Positions 9,701-18,955 of a DNA stretch of 64,000 nucleotides are shown one piece after another. The first letter of the stretch is position 1. Every line of letters begins with the position of its first letter. Source of the stretch: Thermodesulfobacteriota bacterium. Lineage in GTDB: Bacteria > Desulfobacterota_D > UBA1144 > Nemesobacterales > UBA2774. The stretch covers positions 2,603,484 to 2,667,483 of the forward strand of contig OZ244991.1 in assembly GCA_965223335.1 (NCBI GenBank), written 5' to 3'. A program made the position numbers and the translations under genes. The notes under the pieces are model-generated. The model worked only from the letters and a program-made list of their open reading frames with translations, did not search any database and had not been told where the DNA came from.

Positions 9701-10050
9701 GTGTTGCCGTCATAGTTGCCGCTGAACGCCACCCTCCGGCCGTCGGGCGAGAATTTAGGCAGTAGCTCCCTGCCCCGAGGAGAACTAAGCTTGCGCGCTG
9801 TGCCGCCCTGTTTCGGTACGATCCATAGGTCGCCCGCATACACAAACACTATGTTGTCTTCGCTAACATCGGGGAAACGGAGCATCCTTGCATCGGGGGA
9901 TCTATCTTTATCACCATTGGTCCGATCGGTTTTATCGGTATTATCAAGTTCGGCCTGTTCTCTATCATCAGGCTGTTTAGCCTCTTGGGCCAAGGCTGTT
10001 GAGATAATACCGAGCATTAATATTAGTATCAGAGTCGAAAGTTTTTGCAT
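6721..10050 (-). CDS. Tricorn protease homologue (peptidase S41, beta-propellers + PDZ), secreted
   Basis: Signal peptide; PD40-like repeats (FSPDG, WSPDG); ELNSSHT; DERFNGGG; catalytic SGSGGD; GTRTLGG. Confidence 0.93.
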   Translation of the reverse strand: MQKLSTLILILMLGIISTALAQEAKQPDDREQAELDNTDKTDRTNGDKDRSPDARMLRFPDVSEDNIVFVYAGDLWIVPKQGGTARKLSSPRGRELLPKFSPDGRRVAFSGNYDGNTDIYIMPTEGGEPARLTYHPEQEAVVGWYPDGKHLLLRSGMLSPTHRTKRLFKLSVDGGVPEVLPLPYAEVGSLSPDGKKLAFQYILRQFRTWKRYKGGMASNLWLYDFENDKAEKITEYEGTDSLPMWHGDTIYFLSDRGDKSKLNIWAYELGDKKIRQVTRFTDYDVRWPSLGPSDIVFENGGKLYLLGLSDEQITEVNIDVPSDLPHLRARLKDVSKQIENFAISPTGKRALVEARGEIFSVPRHHGSIRNLSSSSGSAERFPVWSPDGKYIAYLSDKTGEYEIYLKPSDGRGEEIQLTNDGSTFRYQLVWSPDSKKLAWSDNTGSLYYIDDKKRTPELVDKDERDEIHAYSWSPKSRWIAYTKQMSNGRKSVFVYDTKSGDKKRLTSNYYNDNSPEFDPDGKYIYFFSDRKFTPVYSDMQATWIYPNSTEIYALPLRKDLKSPLALKDDIEEISPKPQHNTDNKDKKDERIDFDDIAERAVKLPPSAGNFGGLTAVSGKVVYLRLPPAGVNNHDHPGGKLMFYDLNSGREGQIIGGVNAYKISADGKKILYKARDKYGIVDFGEGKNAGDGKIAVGKLKAKIDPREEWSQIFTESWRILRDYFYDPNMHGVDWNAVRERYEALLPHVVDREDLNYVIGEMLGELNSSHTYVGGGDMEVGETVETGLLGADIGFDADVGAYRIDKIYSGGELNGVSKSPLDEAGMGVREGEYILTVDGRGVDVSRDFWASFEGLVGEVTTLGVSRSGKENDIRNVLVKPIKNAEDQKLRYLDWVEQNRKRVHDATEGRVGYVYVPDTGRFGQSEFVRQFIPQHNMDALIIDERFNGGGQVPDRFIELLNRPTLNYWARRGFDDLETPSPAHTGPKVMIINGWSGSGGDALPYYFRKSGLGPLVGTRTLGGLIGVSGNPLLIDGGFVTAPSYAFWNSSGKWEIEGYGVEPDYEVDDIHERPGEGVDPQLEKSIEVAVELLGKQESKKPNRPEYPDRAGKGQ

Positions 10051-10461
10051 AACAGTTTAAGTCCCTCGCAACTATAAGGCACCGAATCAGTGAGCGTATA
10101 GGCGTGATTCGATAATTATAAAATATACCTAAACATCTAGGTTACCTCTGGGTAAGGTTTCCAAATATATTCACAATCCGTAGCGCCACATATTTGATCT
10201 CAACCGGGGTGGGGCTGTGTACTTGCTCATTATACATTTGGTGTGTTTGTGGCAAAGAATACAAACAGGAAACTACACTCTCACTTTGCCGTAATTTAAT
10301 ATACGTACTTAGATTAAACTAAATATCAATCGGCATGTTGGAGTGAGTAAAAGAAAGGAATGATCATTATCTGTGCACCTAACTTATATACCGCTTATGG
10401 AACTGCTTCATGCTGTCGGGCTCCCCAAAATATGAGTCTCGACTGTGCATTTAATAAAGAA

Positions 10462-11568
10462 TCACGTATCTACCAACTCTCTAGTCAGATCTTTTTTCCT
10501 TTTTTGCCTTTCTAACCCCAGATCGATCAGACGTGATATAAGTTCAGTGAACGATATACCCGTAGCCTCCCAGAGCTTCGGATACATGCTTATTTCTGTG
10601 AATCCGGGTATCGTGTTTATCTCACTTACGAACATCTCATCCGTAGCACCGTCGACTAAAAAATCTATACGTCCCATACCCGAACAGTCCAGTGTTTTAA
10701 ATGTATCTACCGCAAGCTTTTTGAGAGCTTCTATTCGATCTGATGAGAATTCAGCGGGCACCACAAGTCCCGTGCCCTCCTCCAGGTACTTGGCCCTATA
10801 GTCATAGAACTCCCTATGAGGCTTTACCTCCCCCGGCACAGATGCCAGTGCCTCCTCATTGCCCAACACACTGACCTCAATCTCCCGGGGGTCATTAACC
10901 GCCCTCTCTACAATTACCCTGTCCGAGTATTGCAACGAGTACTCCACAGCCTTTCTTAATTCCGTTTCTGTGCCCGCCTTGGTAATCCCAACACTGGAAC
11001 CAAGATCAGCCGATTTTACAAACACACTCGGGCCCAGAGCACGTATTATTTCCGGGACCAGTTCACCCGAATCGGTTTGCCAATCGCGGCGCGTGAACCA
11101 TACATAATCAACTATGGGCAGCCCAGCATCCTTAAGCACCGCCTTCATCATAATCTTGTCCATACCCACAGACGATCCCAACACCCCGGCACCTACATAC
11201 GGCGTGCCCATAAGTTCAAATAAACCCTGTATAGCCCCGTCTTCTCCATAGGTCCCGTGCAAAACCGGGAACGCAATATCTATCTCTATTTCCTCTACCA
11301 CAGAGCTTCCCCTGACCACACAAAGTGTCGGGTTATCGGGGTTCAATGAGGGAGATACATACAGATCGTTCTCATAAATTAGATCCTCACCCCCGACCCA
11401 GCTCTGGTCCTTTACTATTCTCCACACGCCGTTTTTGTCTATGAATACACTTATGACGTTATAGAGTTCTGTATCGATATTTTTAACAATCGACCTAGCA
11501 GAGATAACCGAGATCTCATGCTCAACCGATTTCCCGCCAAAAATTATAGCAACTCGAGATAAAGACAA
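10462..11568 (-). CDS. ddl: D-alanine--D-alanine ligase
   Basis: FGGKSVEHEIS, FPVLHGTYGEDGAIQG, GSSVG, FYDYRAKY, EINTIPGFT. Confidence 0.96.
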   Translation of the reverse strand: MSLSRVAIIFGGKSVEHEISVISARSIVKNIDTELYNVISVFIDKNGVWRIVKDQSWVGGEDLIYENDLYVSPSLNPDNPTLCVVRGSSVVEEIEIDIAFPVLHGTYGEDGAIQGLFELMGTPYVGAGVLGSSVGMDKIMMKAVLKDAGLPIVDYVWFTRRDWQTDSGELVPEIIRALGPSVFVKSADLGSSVGITKAGTETELRKAVEYSLQYSDRVIVERAVNDPREIEVSVLGNEEALASVPGEVKPHREFYDYRAKYLEEGTGLVVPAEFSSDRIEALKKLAVDTFKTLDCSGMGRIDFLVDGATDEMFVSEINTIPGFTEISMYPKLWEATGISFTELISRLIDLGLERQKRKKDLTRELVDT

Positions 11569-11839
11569 TGTTACCCCCTCACTTCAATTACGCATCTGCA
11601 CACTTTTTCAAGCTATGCTTTGAATTTATAGTCTCTAACCAGTTACACTACTGGAAATTTCTTGTCAAGCTAACCACCAATTCAACCTTAATATATAGGG
11701 GTTCTATAAGGACACTGCGAGAAATAAGAAATGTATTTGAGTCTTAAGTTCGGGATAGCTGCTAAATCATTTTGCAAATGCACAACGATCATGTAAAATG
11801 CACATCTGTATTAATCAGACGAAACAAGGAGGGTAAAAA

Positions 11840-13030
11840 ATGCAAAAAGCATTGATAAGCGAGCCGCTAAGGACTGCTATCGGAGCCTTTGGAGGTACGC
11901 TAAAAGACACTCCCGCTACAACGCTCGGTTCCACTGTGGTAAAAGAACTTCTGGAACGCACAGGCGTTGCACCTAAAGAGATCGACGACTGTATTATGGG
12001 CAACATACTCAGTGCCGGAATGGGAATGAACCCAAGCCGCCAGGTTGCTCTTGGAGCGGGGCTTGATATAGAGACACCGGCGTACACCATAAACCGCGTA
12101 TGCGGTTCAGGGCTAAATACCGTAGCACTGGCGGCACAGGCCATAAAAGCAGGAGACTCAGATGCAATAATCGCAGGGGGCATAGAGAACATGAACCAGG
12201 CTCCGTTCTATCTGCAAAAGGCCCGCTACGGATACCGTATGGGAATGCCCAAAGACGAGATCACAGACGGTATGGTATACGACGGTCTCTGGGATGTTTT
12301 CAATGACTATCATATGGGTGTTACTGCTGAGAATCTAGCCGAAACTTATAACATATCTAAAGAAGAACAGGACGAATTCGCATACAAGAGCCAGATGAAA
12401 TGTAAAAACGCTATGGATGGCGGGAAGTTTAAAGATGAGATTGTCCCTGTAATGATCCCACAGCGTAGAAAAGACCCCATAGCTTTTGAGGTCGATGAAC
12501 ACCCACGCGGCGATACGACTCTAGAGGGCCTCGGTAGGCTGCGCGGAGTCTTTAAAGTTGGCGGCACAGTATCCGCCGGTAACGCATCTGGGATCAACGA
12601 CGGTGCCGCAGCAGTGATGGTTACTTCCGAAAAGAAAGCAAAATCGCTGGGCTTAAAACCCATTGCCAGCGTGGTGTCATACGCTGTAGCCGGTGTTGAC
12701 CCCTCGATTATGGGCATCGGCCCTGTGCCGGCAATTCAAAAGGCATTAGCCAAAGCCAAACTATCATTGGACGATATAGATCTGTTTGAACTAAACGAAG
12801 CGTTTGCTGCCCAGTCGCTTGCCGTGCTTCGCGACTTGCCGATCCCTGAAAAAAAGATCAATGTTAACGGCGGCGCAATTGCTCTTGGACACCCAATCGG
12901 GGCATCGGGTACAAGGATCTTGGTAACCCTTCTCCACGAGCTCAAGAGAAGAAAGAAAGCCAAACGCGGTCTCGCAGCGCTCTGCATAGGTGGGGGAATG
13001 GGTATTGCGATGATTGTAGAGAAAGTGTAG
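11840..13030 (+). CDS. Acetyl-CoA C-acetyltransferase (thiolase)
   Basis: [35 protein letters not shown]. Confidence 0.96.
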   Translation: MQKALISEPLRTAIGAFGGTLKDTPATTLGSTVVKELLERTGVAPKEIDDCIMGNILSAGMGMNPSRQVALGAGLDIETPAYTINRVCGSGLNTVALAAQAIKAGDSDAIIAGGIENMNQAPFYLQKARYGYRMGMPKDEITDGMVYDGLWDVFNDYHMGVTAENLAETYNISKEEQDEFAYKSQMKCKNAMDGGKFKDEIVPVMIPQRRKDPIAFEVDEHPRGDTTLEGLGRLRGVFKVGGTVSAGNASGINDGAAAVMVTSEKKAKSLGLKPIASVVSYAVAGVDPSIMGIGPVPAIQKALAKAKLSLDDIDLFELNEAFAAQSLAVLRDLPIPEKKINVNGGAIALGHPIGASGTRILVTLLHELKRRKKAKRGLAALCIGGGMGIAMIVEKV

Positions 13031-13052
13031 TTGGTATATTAGCAACAAAACA

Positions 13053-13077
13053 GAGGGCCGGCGCACTGTCGGCCTTC
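13053..13077. terminator. Hairpin terminator between the convergent thiolase and thioesterase
   Basis: GAGGGCCGGC-GCACT-GTCGGCCTTC. Confidence 0.6.
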
Positions 13078-13090
13078 TTAGCAACTCAAG

Positions 13091-13540
13091 CTAGATCACT
13101 TCAATTAGGTAACTTTTAGGCGGGAAAAGCTCCTTAAAGGCCTCGGGTACGGGATCCACACTACGTTCTGCATAATTAAAGAACACGATCCCGGTTTTCA
13201 CATACGCTATTTCTTTCCCGCTCTTTTTTTCGGTCACGACATAAACTATATCGCACCCGCTATTCGAATACTCGCACACTGCCAGCTCAACTTTAAGCGT
13301 GTCCCCATAGAAACTCTCCGATTTATACTGCACGGCTACATCCGCCATAATGATTGCAGACCCGCCTATATCGAGCTCAGAGAAACCGTTATCGACCAAA
13401 AACCTTACCCTTGCCTCGTGTGCTATAGAGAGTATAGAGTCGTGTCCCAGGTGGCCTCCATAGTTGATGTCACTTATCCTAAGCCTGATCTCGGTAGAGT
13501 AGTGGTAATCCCCGGGAGATTCGATCTTTATTCTAGACAT
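13091..13540 (-). CDS. Thioesterase family protein (4HBT/YbgC-like)
   Basis: LRISDINYGGHLGHD..HEARVRF hotdog motif. Confidence 0.88.
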   Translation of the reverse strand: MSRIKIESPGDYHYSTEIRLRISDINYGGHLGHDSILSIAHEARVRFLVDNGFSELDIGGSAIIMADVAVQYKSESFYGDTLKVELAVCEYSNSGCDIVYVVTEKKSGKEIAYVKTGIVFFNYAERSVDPVPEAFKELFPPKSYLIEVI

Positions 13541-13694
13541 ATCTACACGCCTATATTAAAACTATGATTACGTACCGATTGGGACATGATTATATACATA
13601 GCCACCGATAAACACAAAAATCAGTTGACACATGACCCGTCGATTGTATAAATTGCTATAATATTACTAACTCGCCCAAGGAGGCCGCGTGTAG

Positions 13695-14246
13695 ATGACC
13701 ATAAACAGTCTGAAACCCTCGTCCATAAAGAATTTCTTCGGCAAATTAGTAAACATGAGTTTCCTTGACCTCGGTAATGACAAAGACTCTAGTGCCGCAG
13801 GCTATATATCCGAGATGCTCACCGAGTTTGCCCGCACCGAAAAACTCTACAAGATAAGCGACTCTGAGGGGCGGCGTGTTGAATCCATAGTCGAGATCAT
13901 CCTGGAATCCCAGAATAAAAACAATAACAACTCCGAGTCCGAGCGCGAGTTAAGAAAATACGTGGGCGATTTCTCGCTCTTTATGTCAGGAGTTTTCAGG
14001 GACTATTTGATCCGGGGCTCATATCTTAACTACTACATTGATCAGGGCACAAAATCTTACTTTTTGGTTTCGAGATTAGATTTGGAAATGGGCAAAGGCG
14101 ACCCTATTTTTTTCAACAAGCTCTCCCAAGAGTTCGAGTTCTACTCGGGGGCACTGGATTATATGCGCAAGGTCTATTTTAAACACGGGCTCTCAGAGCA
14201 TATGTTCGCCAACTTCGCTAACGAACTGTCGAAGCTAAAACACTAA
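13695..14246 (+). CDS. Conserved hypothetical all-helical protein
   Basis: SD AAGGAGG; YVGDFSLFMSGVFRDYL...YYIDQG..SY block. Confidence 0.75.
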   Translation: MTINSLKPSSIKNFFGKLVNMSFLDLGNDKDSSAAGYISEMLTEFARTEKLYKISDSEGRRVESIVEIILESQNKNNNNSESERELRKYVGDFSLFMSGVFRDYLIRGSYLNYYIDQGTKSYFLVSRLDLEMGKGDPIFFNKLSQEFEFYSGALDYMRKVYFKHGLSEHMFANFANELSKLKH

Positions 14247-14252
14247 GTTCCA

Positions 14253-15302
14253 CTATCCGTGAAAATGCGGGATAATCTCCTTAGTCAGTATTTCAAACGA
14301 TCGTTCACGGTCCGGGCTAAAATCCCTAAGCACAAAATGATCCACACCCGCATCTATATACTCCTCGAACCTCTCGATCACCCTCTCTTTTGAGCCTGCT
14401 ATTACAAAGTCCATCAAGATCTCTCTCGAGTAATACCTCTGGCCCATCTCTCTGAATTTCGCGAGCATTTCCTTATCGTTGGGCATTATTTTGGTGTACT
14501 GCAAGCCCTTATATTTATCATCGATCTCTATATCATATCCCGCCTCCGCCAACAACTCGGGCCATATTAATGCGTGCTTCACAGGTGCTAGCGAGTTGTA
14601 AGCCTCATCCTCATTATCAGCTATGGATACGAAAATATAGATTGACTTTTCTATCTCCCCCAGCCCTTTGGGCCTTGCATCCGATTGTTCAAGTACTGCT
14701 TTAGCTTTTGACTTGAACAAGCCTGTTGGCATTGCATTTGTCAGCCATCCATCACCGTACTTCCCAGCCACCTCCAATGCCCTCGGCCCCGTAGCCGCTA
14801 TGTATATGGGCACGCCCGATTCACTAACCGGTTTTATGCGCAGCACAGCATCATCCAGACTATATATCTCCCCCTCAAAGTTAACCACCTCCCCAGTCCA
14901 CAACGACCTCATCACTTCCACAGACTCTGCCACCCGTTTAAGAGGATTGTCCCATTTGATACCGTAAGGGTCCAGGTTCATTTTCTCGCCGTAGCCGAGG
15001 CACGCAAACACCCTTCCCCCTGCAATATGGTCCACTGTAGCCAAGCGGTGCGCATATACGGAGGGATGAATACGGTGAGCGTCCCCCACTGCACCCATAG
15101 CGATGGTTTTTGTTGCGGGTGCTGCCGCCGTGATCACTGACCAGACCTCAGGTGTCAGTTTATCAGCCATAAATACCACATGATCAGGAAACCATACCGT
15201 GTCGAACCCCCCCCTCTCACTCTTGTACACAAAGTCCAGTAGCCCCTCGACCGATACCCCCGGCACTGGGGCCGTTATCCCGAATTTGGTGTATTCAGAC
15301 AT
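14253..15302 (-). CDS. LLM-class (luciferase-like) flavin/F420-dependent oxidoreductase
   Basis: GFDTVWFPDH, LATVDHIAGGR, PIYIAATGPRALEVAGKYGDGW. Start moved to MSEYT (SD AGGAGG). Confidence 0.9.
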   Translation of the reverse strand: MSEYTKFGITAPVPGVSVEGLLDFVYKSERGGFDTVWFPDHVVFMADKLTPEVWSVITAAAPATKTIAMGAVGDAHRIHPSVYAHRLATVDHIAGGRVFACLGYGEKMNLDPYGIKWDNPLKRVAESVEVMRSLWTGEVVNFEGEIYSLDDAVLRIKPVSESGVPIYIAATGPRALEVAGKYGDGWLTNAMPTGLFKSKAKAVLEQSDARPKGLGEIEKSIYIFVSIADNEDEAYNSLAPVKHALIWPELLAEAGYDIEIDDKYKGLQYTKIMPNDKEMLAKFREMGQRYYSREILMDFVIAGSKERVIERFEEYIDAGVDHFVLRDFSPDRERSFEILTKEIIPHFHG

Positions 15303-15462
15303 TGCTAAATAGCCTCCTAATGGTAAGCATGACAACATTTATTTATGTACTTAATTTATCACCTCCGCTTGATTTTTACTATCTGAATTGTTATTATTCC
15401 TAACAATAGAACAACATTTCCACGCACGGTTAGTGGGACATGAGGCGGAGGTTACAACGATA

Positions 15463-15702
15463 ATGGAGAGATTGGAAAAGGAACATGCCAGTACACATGT
15501 GGACATTGAATCGAAACGGTTTTTCTTCGATGTTAAAGAAAACCATAAGGGCAAATACCTGAGAATAACCGAACTAAGCGGCGGCAGGTCTTGCATTGTT
15601 ATCCCTTTGGGCGGAGTAACTCTTTTCAAAGAGAGATTGGGCGAAGTAATCGAAGAAGCTGAGAAGCTCATCGATAACGTAGACCAGGCAAACGCTGTAT
15701 AA
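15463..15702 (+). CDS. PUR-repeat (Pur-alpha/PurA-like) single-stranded nucleic-acid-binding protein
   Basis: EHASTHVDIESKRFFFDVKENHKGKYLRITELSGGRSCIVIP matches the PUR repeat pattern. SD GGAGG precedes ATG 15463. Confidence 0.85.
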   Translation: MERLEKEHASTHVDIESKRFFFDVKENHKGKYLRITELSGGRSCIVIPLGGVTLFKERLGEVIEEAEKLIDNVDQANAV

Positions 15703-15838
15703 AGATTGGAAAAGTATTAGCTATTGATGTAGTCACCTACTCATCATTAACAATACATAATCTATAAGAGCTAAGAGCGCTACGTATAGTTTGTTAGTTA
15801 TGCGTACATGTTGCTACGGGTTTGTTACGTTTAAAACA

Positions 15839-17098
15839 CTATAGAAATGCCGGCAGGTTCTCTTTAGAAACAAGGTCGTCGTAGGTCTCGCGCTCCCTGA
15901 TCAGTGAATGGTCATTACCCTTAACCAGTATCTCGGCTGCACGCGGCCTAGTGTTGTAGTTAGAGGCCATTACAAACCCATATGCCCCTGCGCTAAATAC
16001 GGCTAGAATATCCCCTGCCATTACCTCGGGCAGCGCCCGTTCTTTAGCCAAAAAGTCCCCCGACTCGCATATGGGACCTACCACATCCACAGTCTCGGCC
16101 CGAGAGTCTGTCTGGGCCACTGGCATTATCTCATGATACGAGTCATAAAACGCGGGCCTAATCAAATCATTCATAGCAGCATCTACTATAACGAATTTCT
16201 TCTCGGTCCCCTCTTTTACGAAATTCACCGTAGTCAGCATTACCCCTGCGTTCCCCATAAGTGATCGGCCCGGCTCAAGCACCAGCTTATAAGGTCTGCT
16301 TCCAATCTCGCTCATGATCAAATCCGCATACTCGGATAGTAATGGCGGGGTATCATCCCTGCGATAGTTTATGCCGATTCCCCCTCCGATATCTATATAT
16401 TTGATACCTATGCCGGCTTCTGAAAGCTTATCGGCCAGCACAAGGAGTTTCTCCAACGAATCTATGAAGGGTTCTAGCTCGAATATTTGCGAGCCTATAT
16501 GTGCGTCAAGGGCCACAATCTCGACCCCTTCCATTTTGGATGCTTCCCGATAGACCTGCTCGGCCCGCTCAATCTCTATGCCGAACTTACTCTCTTTAAA
16601 CCCCGTAGATATATAGGGATGTGTGTTGGCATCTATATCCGGGTTTACACGAAGCGCTATAGGAGCCTTTTTGCCTATCCCCGCTCCGACCTTATTTAGT
16701 AGGTGAAGCTCTTCCTCCGACTCCACATTAAAAAAAAGTATCCCCGCTTCTATCGCGTCCGCCATCTCCTGCGCTGTTTTACCCACTCCCGAGAACACCA
16801 CCATGGACAGCTCGCCCCCGGCCATCTTAACCCGTCTCAGCTCCCCACCCGATACAATATCGAACCCGGAGCCGAGATCACTAAAAGCCTTCAGTATAGC
16901 TATGTTCGAGTTGGCCTTGACGGAGTAGCAGATAAGTGCACCGGTGTCACGAAAGGCCTCATCATATGACTGGAAACTCTTTTTTAGAAAACCGTAGCTG
17001 TACACATAGCACGGTGTGCCGTAAGTCTTGGCAATCTCGTTCATCGAGACATCTTCTATATATAGCTGGCCGTCTCTGTATCCGTACACTTCGTCCAT
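15839..17098 (-). CDS. lysA: Diaminopimelate decarboxylase
   Basis: YSVKANSN (PLP Lys), HIGSQI, EPGRS, GPICESGD, GAYGFVMASNYN. Confidence 0.97.
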   Translation of the reverse strand: MDEVYGYRDGQLYIEDVSMNEIAKTYGTPCYVYSYGFLKKSFQSYDEAFRDTGALICYSVKANSNIAILKAFSDLGSGFDIVSGGELRRVKMAGGELSMVVFSGVGKTAQEMADAIEAGILFFNVESEEELHLLNKVGAGIGKKAPIALRVNPDIDANTHPYISTGFKESKFGIEIERAEQVYREASKMEGVEIVALDAHIGSQIFELEPFIDSLEKLLVLADKLSEAGIGIKYIDIGGGIGINYRRDDTPPLLSEYADLIMSEIGSRPYKLVLEPGRSLMGNAGVMLTTVNFVKEGTEKKFVIVDAAMNDLIRPAFYDSYHEIMPVAQTDSRAETVDVVGPICESGDFLAKERALPEVMAGDILAVFSAGAYGFVMASNYNTRPRAAEILVKGNDHSLIRERETYDDLVSKENLPAFL

Positions 17099-17204
17099 TT
17101 ATTAACACTCCTACAATTAATTAGACCATAATGTACATTAATTTCACAAAATGAGAATAAACCGGGATTGTAAAGTTACAAGTAAATGTTAGTTGTTACA
17201 AGTC

Positions 17205-17243
17205 AAAAAAAGACCGGGCTCTAGTTACTAAAACCCGGTCTTT
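17205..17243 (-). terminator. Rho-independent terminator of the SYLF-domain gene
   Basis: AAAAAAAGACCGGG...CCCGGTCTTT inverted repeat; U-tract on the minus strand. Confidence 0.75.
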
Positions 17244-17310
17244 GTAATTTTAATCCGCGGCACTATAAATTCGGATTATGGTTAAGAACTATTCATCAGT
17301 TAAATCTTCC

Positions 17311-17886
17311 TCAATTGAGGTCTTTATCCGGCCAGTATTTAGACGCCCCAAAGTTTGCTCTCAGCGCTATTCCCGATTCCGTAAGCTGAAAAACCAATAC
17401 ATCTGAATCAAGAGCAACTTCCCCTGTCACAGCTTCGCCTTCATCCTTATACTTAGCGGCAGCATCACCCTGCACTCCCATGTTCCATCCATTAGCCCAG
17501 AAATCATAGAACTTCTGCTTGCTGTTAAACACAACGACCTCGCGAAAGTCCTTTAAGGCCACACCCAGCCCCACTCCTGCCTCAGCCATTCTCATGTAAG
17601 TTTTATCGCCATTCGAGTTGTCTATGAGCACACCGTAACCGTTACCAGTACCTACTAACAATAATTGAGTGTTTATATTGCTGAAAACCCCATACCCCGC
17701 AGCATTCTGTATGAGCTCTCTAGCCCAAGGTTTATCAGCGTAGAGATCCTGCAAAGTACTCTGCTTCATTTGAAGTACGAAGTCTCTTTTTTCTTGCGGT
17801 GTGTCGCCCTGGGGCCTTGCACAATTCACAACAAAAAGCATCCCACACCCGAACACCATCAATATCAAAACATTAAGATGTTTCAT
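17311..17886 (-). CDS. YSC84/SYLF-like lipid-binding lipoprotein
   Basis: Signal + Cys; AAGYGVF..GNGYGVL..AGVGLGV..REVVVF pattern. Start moved to MKHLN (SD GAGGGG). Confidence 0.8.
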   Translation of the reverse strand: MKHLNVLILMVFGCGMLFVVNCARPQGDTPQEKRDFVLQMKQSTLQDLYADKPWARELIQNAAGYGVFSNINTQLLLVGTGNGYGVLIDNSNGDKTYMRMAEAGVGLGVALKDFREVVVFNSKQKFYDFWANGWNMGVQGDAAAKYKDEGEAVTGEVALDSDVLVFQLTESGIALRANFGASKYWPDKDLN

Positions 17887-18105
17887 AATCCCCTCCTCAA
17901 GAACCACTTGTTTATTAGACAGATTCAACACGGTACCACAATACTAACAAGTTAACAACAATACTATTGAACCTTATAATACTACATCGTAAGCCTATGA
18001 CAATTGTAACATGAGAGCATAGATCACACGAAAAAAATACTGCGAATCAGACCTATTCCGTATTCATATACCACTTTAAGTATAAGGTGTTATACATTAT
18101 CATAA

Positions 18106-18699
18106 CTAGACATTATTACCCAGATATCTTTCGAGATGATCAATCCTATCGTTTCCCCAGTACATCTTATCATCCACAAAAAAAGTAGGTGCTCCAAACA
18201 CTCCCCTGCTCACTGCCTCCGATGTACTCTGCCTGAGCTTGTCTTTGATTTCCTGCTCTGCAATCCTACCGAGGAACCACTCAGTATCGATACCCAGTTC
18301 CTTGAGTGCGGGGATGAATACCTCATCCTGGTTTATGTCTTTGCCCTCCTGCCAGTAGAGGTCAAACAACCTGTGCGAATACTCAGCAATCTTATTTAGC
18401 TCGGCTGCAGCAAATGCACCCCTCATCCCCTTTACACTGTGGAGTGGAAAGAGCTCCGGAAAGTTAAAATCAATACCGTATATTTTTGCACAGTTCGCTG
18501 TATCGGTTTTTATATACTCAAACTTGTTATGGATCTCTATAGCCGGCACAAAACCGACTTCATTGAATACACCGCCCAGCAAAAAAGGTCGCCACTCAAG
18601 CGCTGCCCCATTGCGCTCACAGACCCCTTCTATCCTCTTTGAGGCCAAGTATGTATATGGGCTGCTAAAATCATAAAAGAATTCGACCGTTTTCGACAT
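18106..18699 (-). CDS. 2-hydroxychromene-2-carboxylate isomerase / GST-kappa (DsbA-like) family
   Basis: FFYDFSSPYTYLA, WRPFLLGGVF, GVFGAPTF, YWGNDR. Confidence 0.92.
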   Translation of the reverse strand: MSKTVEFFYDFSSPYTYLASKRIEGVCERNGAALEWRPFLLGGVFNEVGFVPAIEIHNKFEYIKTDTANCAKIYGIDFNFPELFPLHSVKGMRGAFAAAELNKIAEYSHRLFDLYWQEGKDINQDEVFIPALKELGIDTEWFLGRIAEQEIKDKLRQSTSEAVSRGVFGAPTFFVDDKMYWGNDRIDHLERYLGNNV

Positions 18700-18955
18700 T
18701 GCTTGCTCCTTTAGGTTTGTTCAATGGATTATAAGGAATGCTATAACTTAGATCAAGTAAATGATCTCTGTCCAGAACATCAATTTTGAGCGGCACAAAA
18801 CAACGGTTTCAAAATTAAGGAATAAATGATATCTTAAGTGGCAAGTCGTCTTATTAATATTGTAATTCTGAGAATTTTTACTTGTATGCTCACGCCAACT
18901 GAATATAATTAGTATGCGCACAAAATGTATTAATCATTATAATTAATCATATAAC

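Noticed and set aside
17099..17204. Lysine riboswitch before lysA
   Set aside because: Only ~100 bp of AT-rich leader between the upstream terminator and the start; too short and unstructured.
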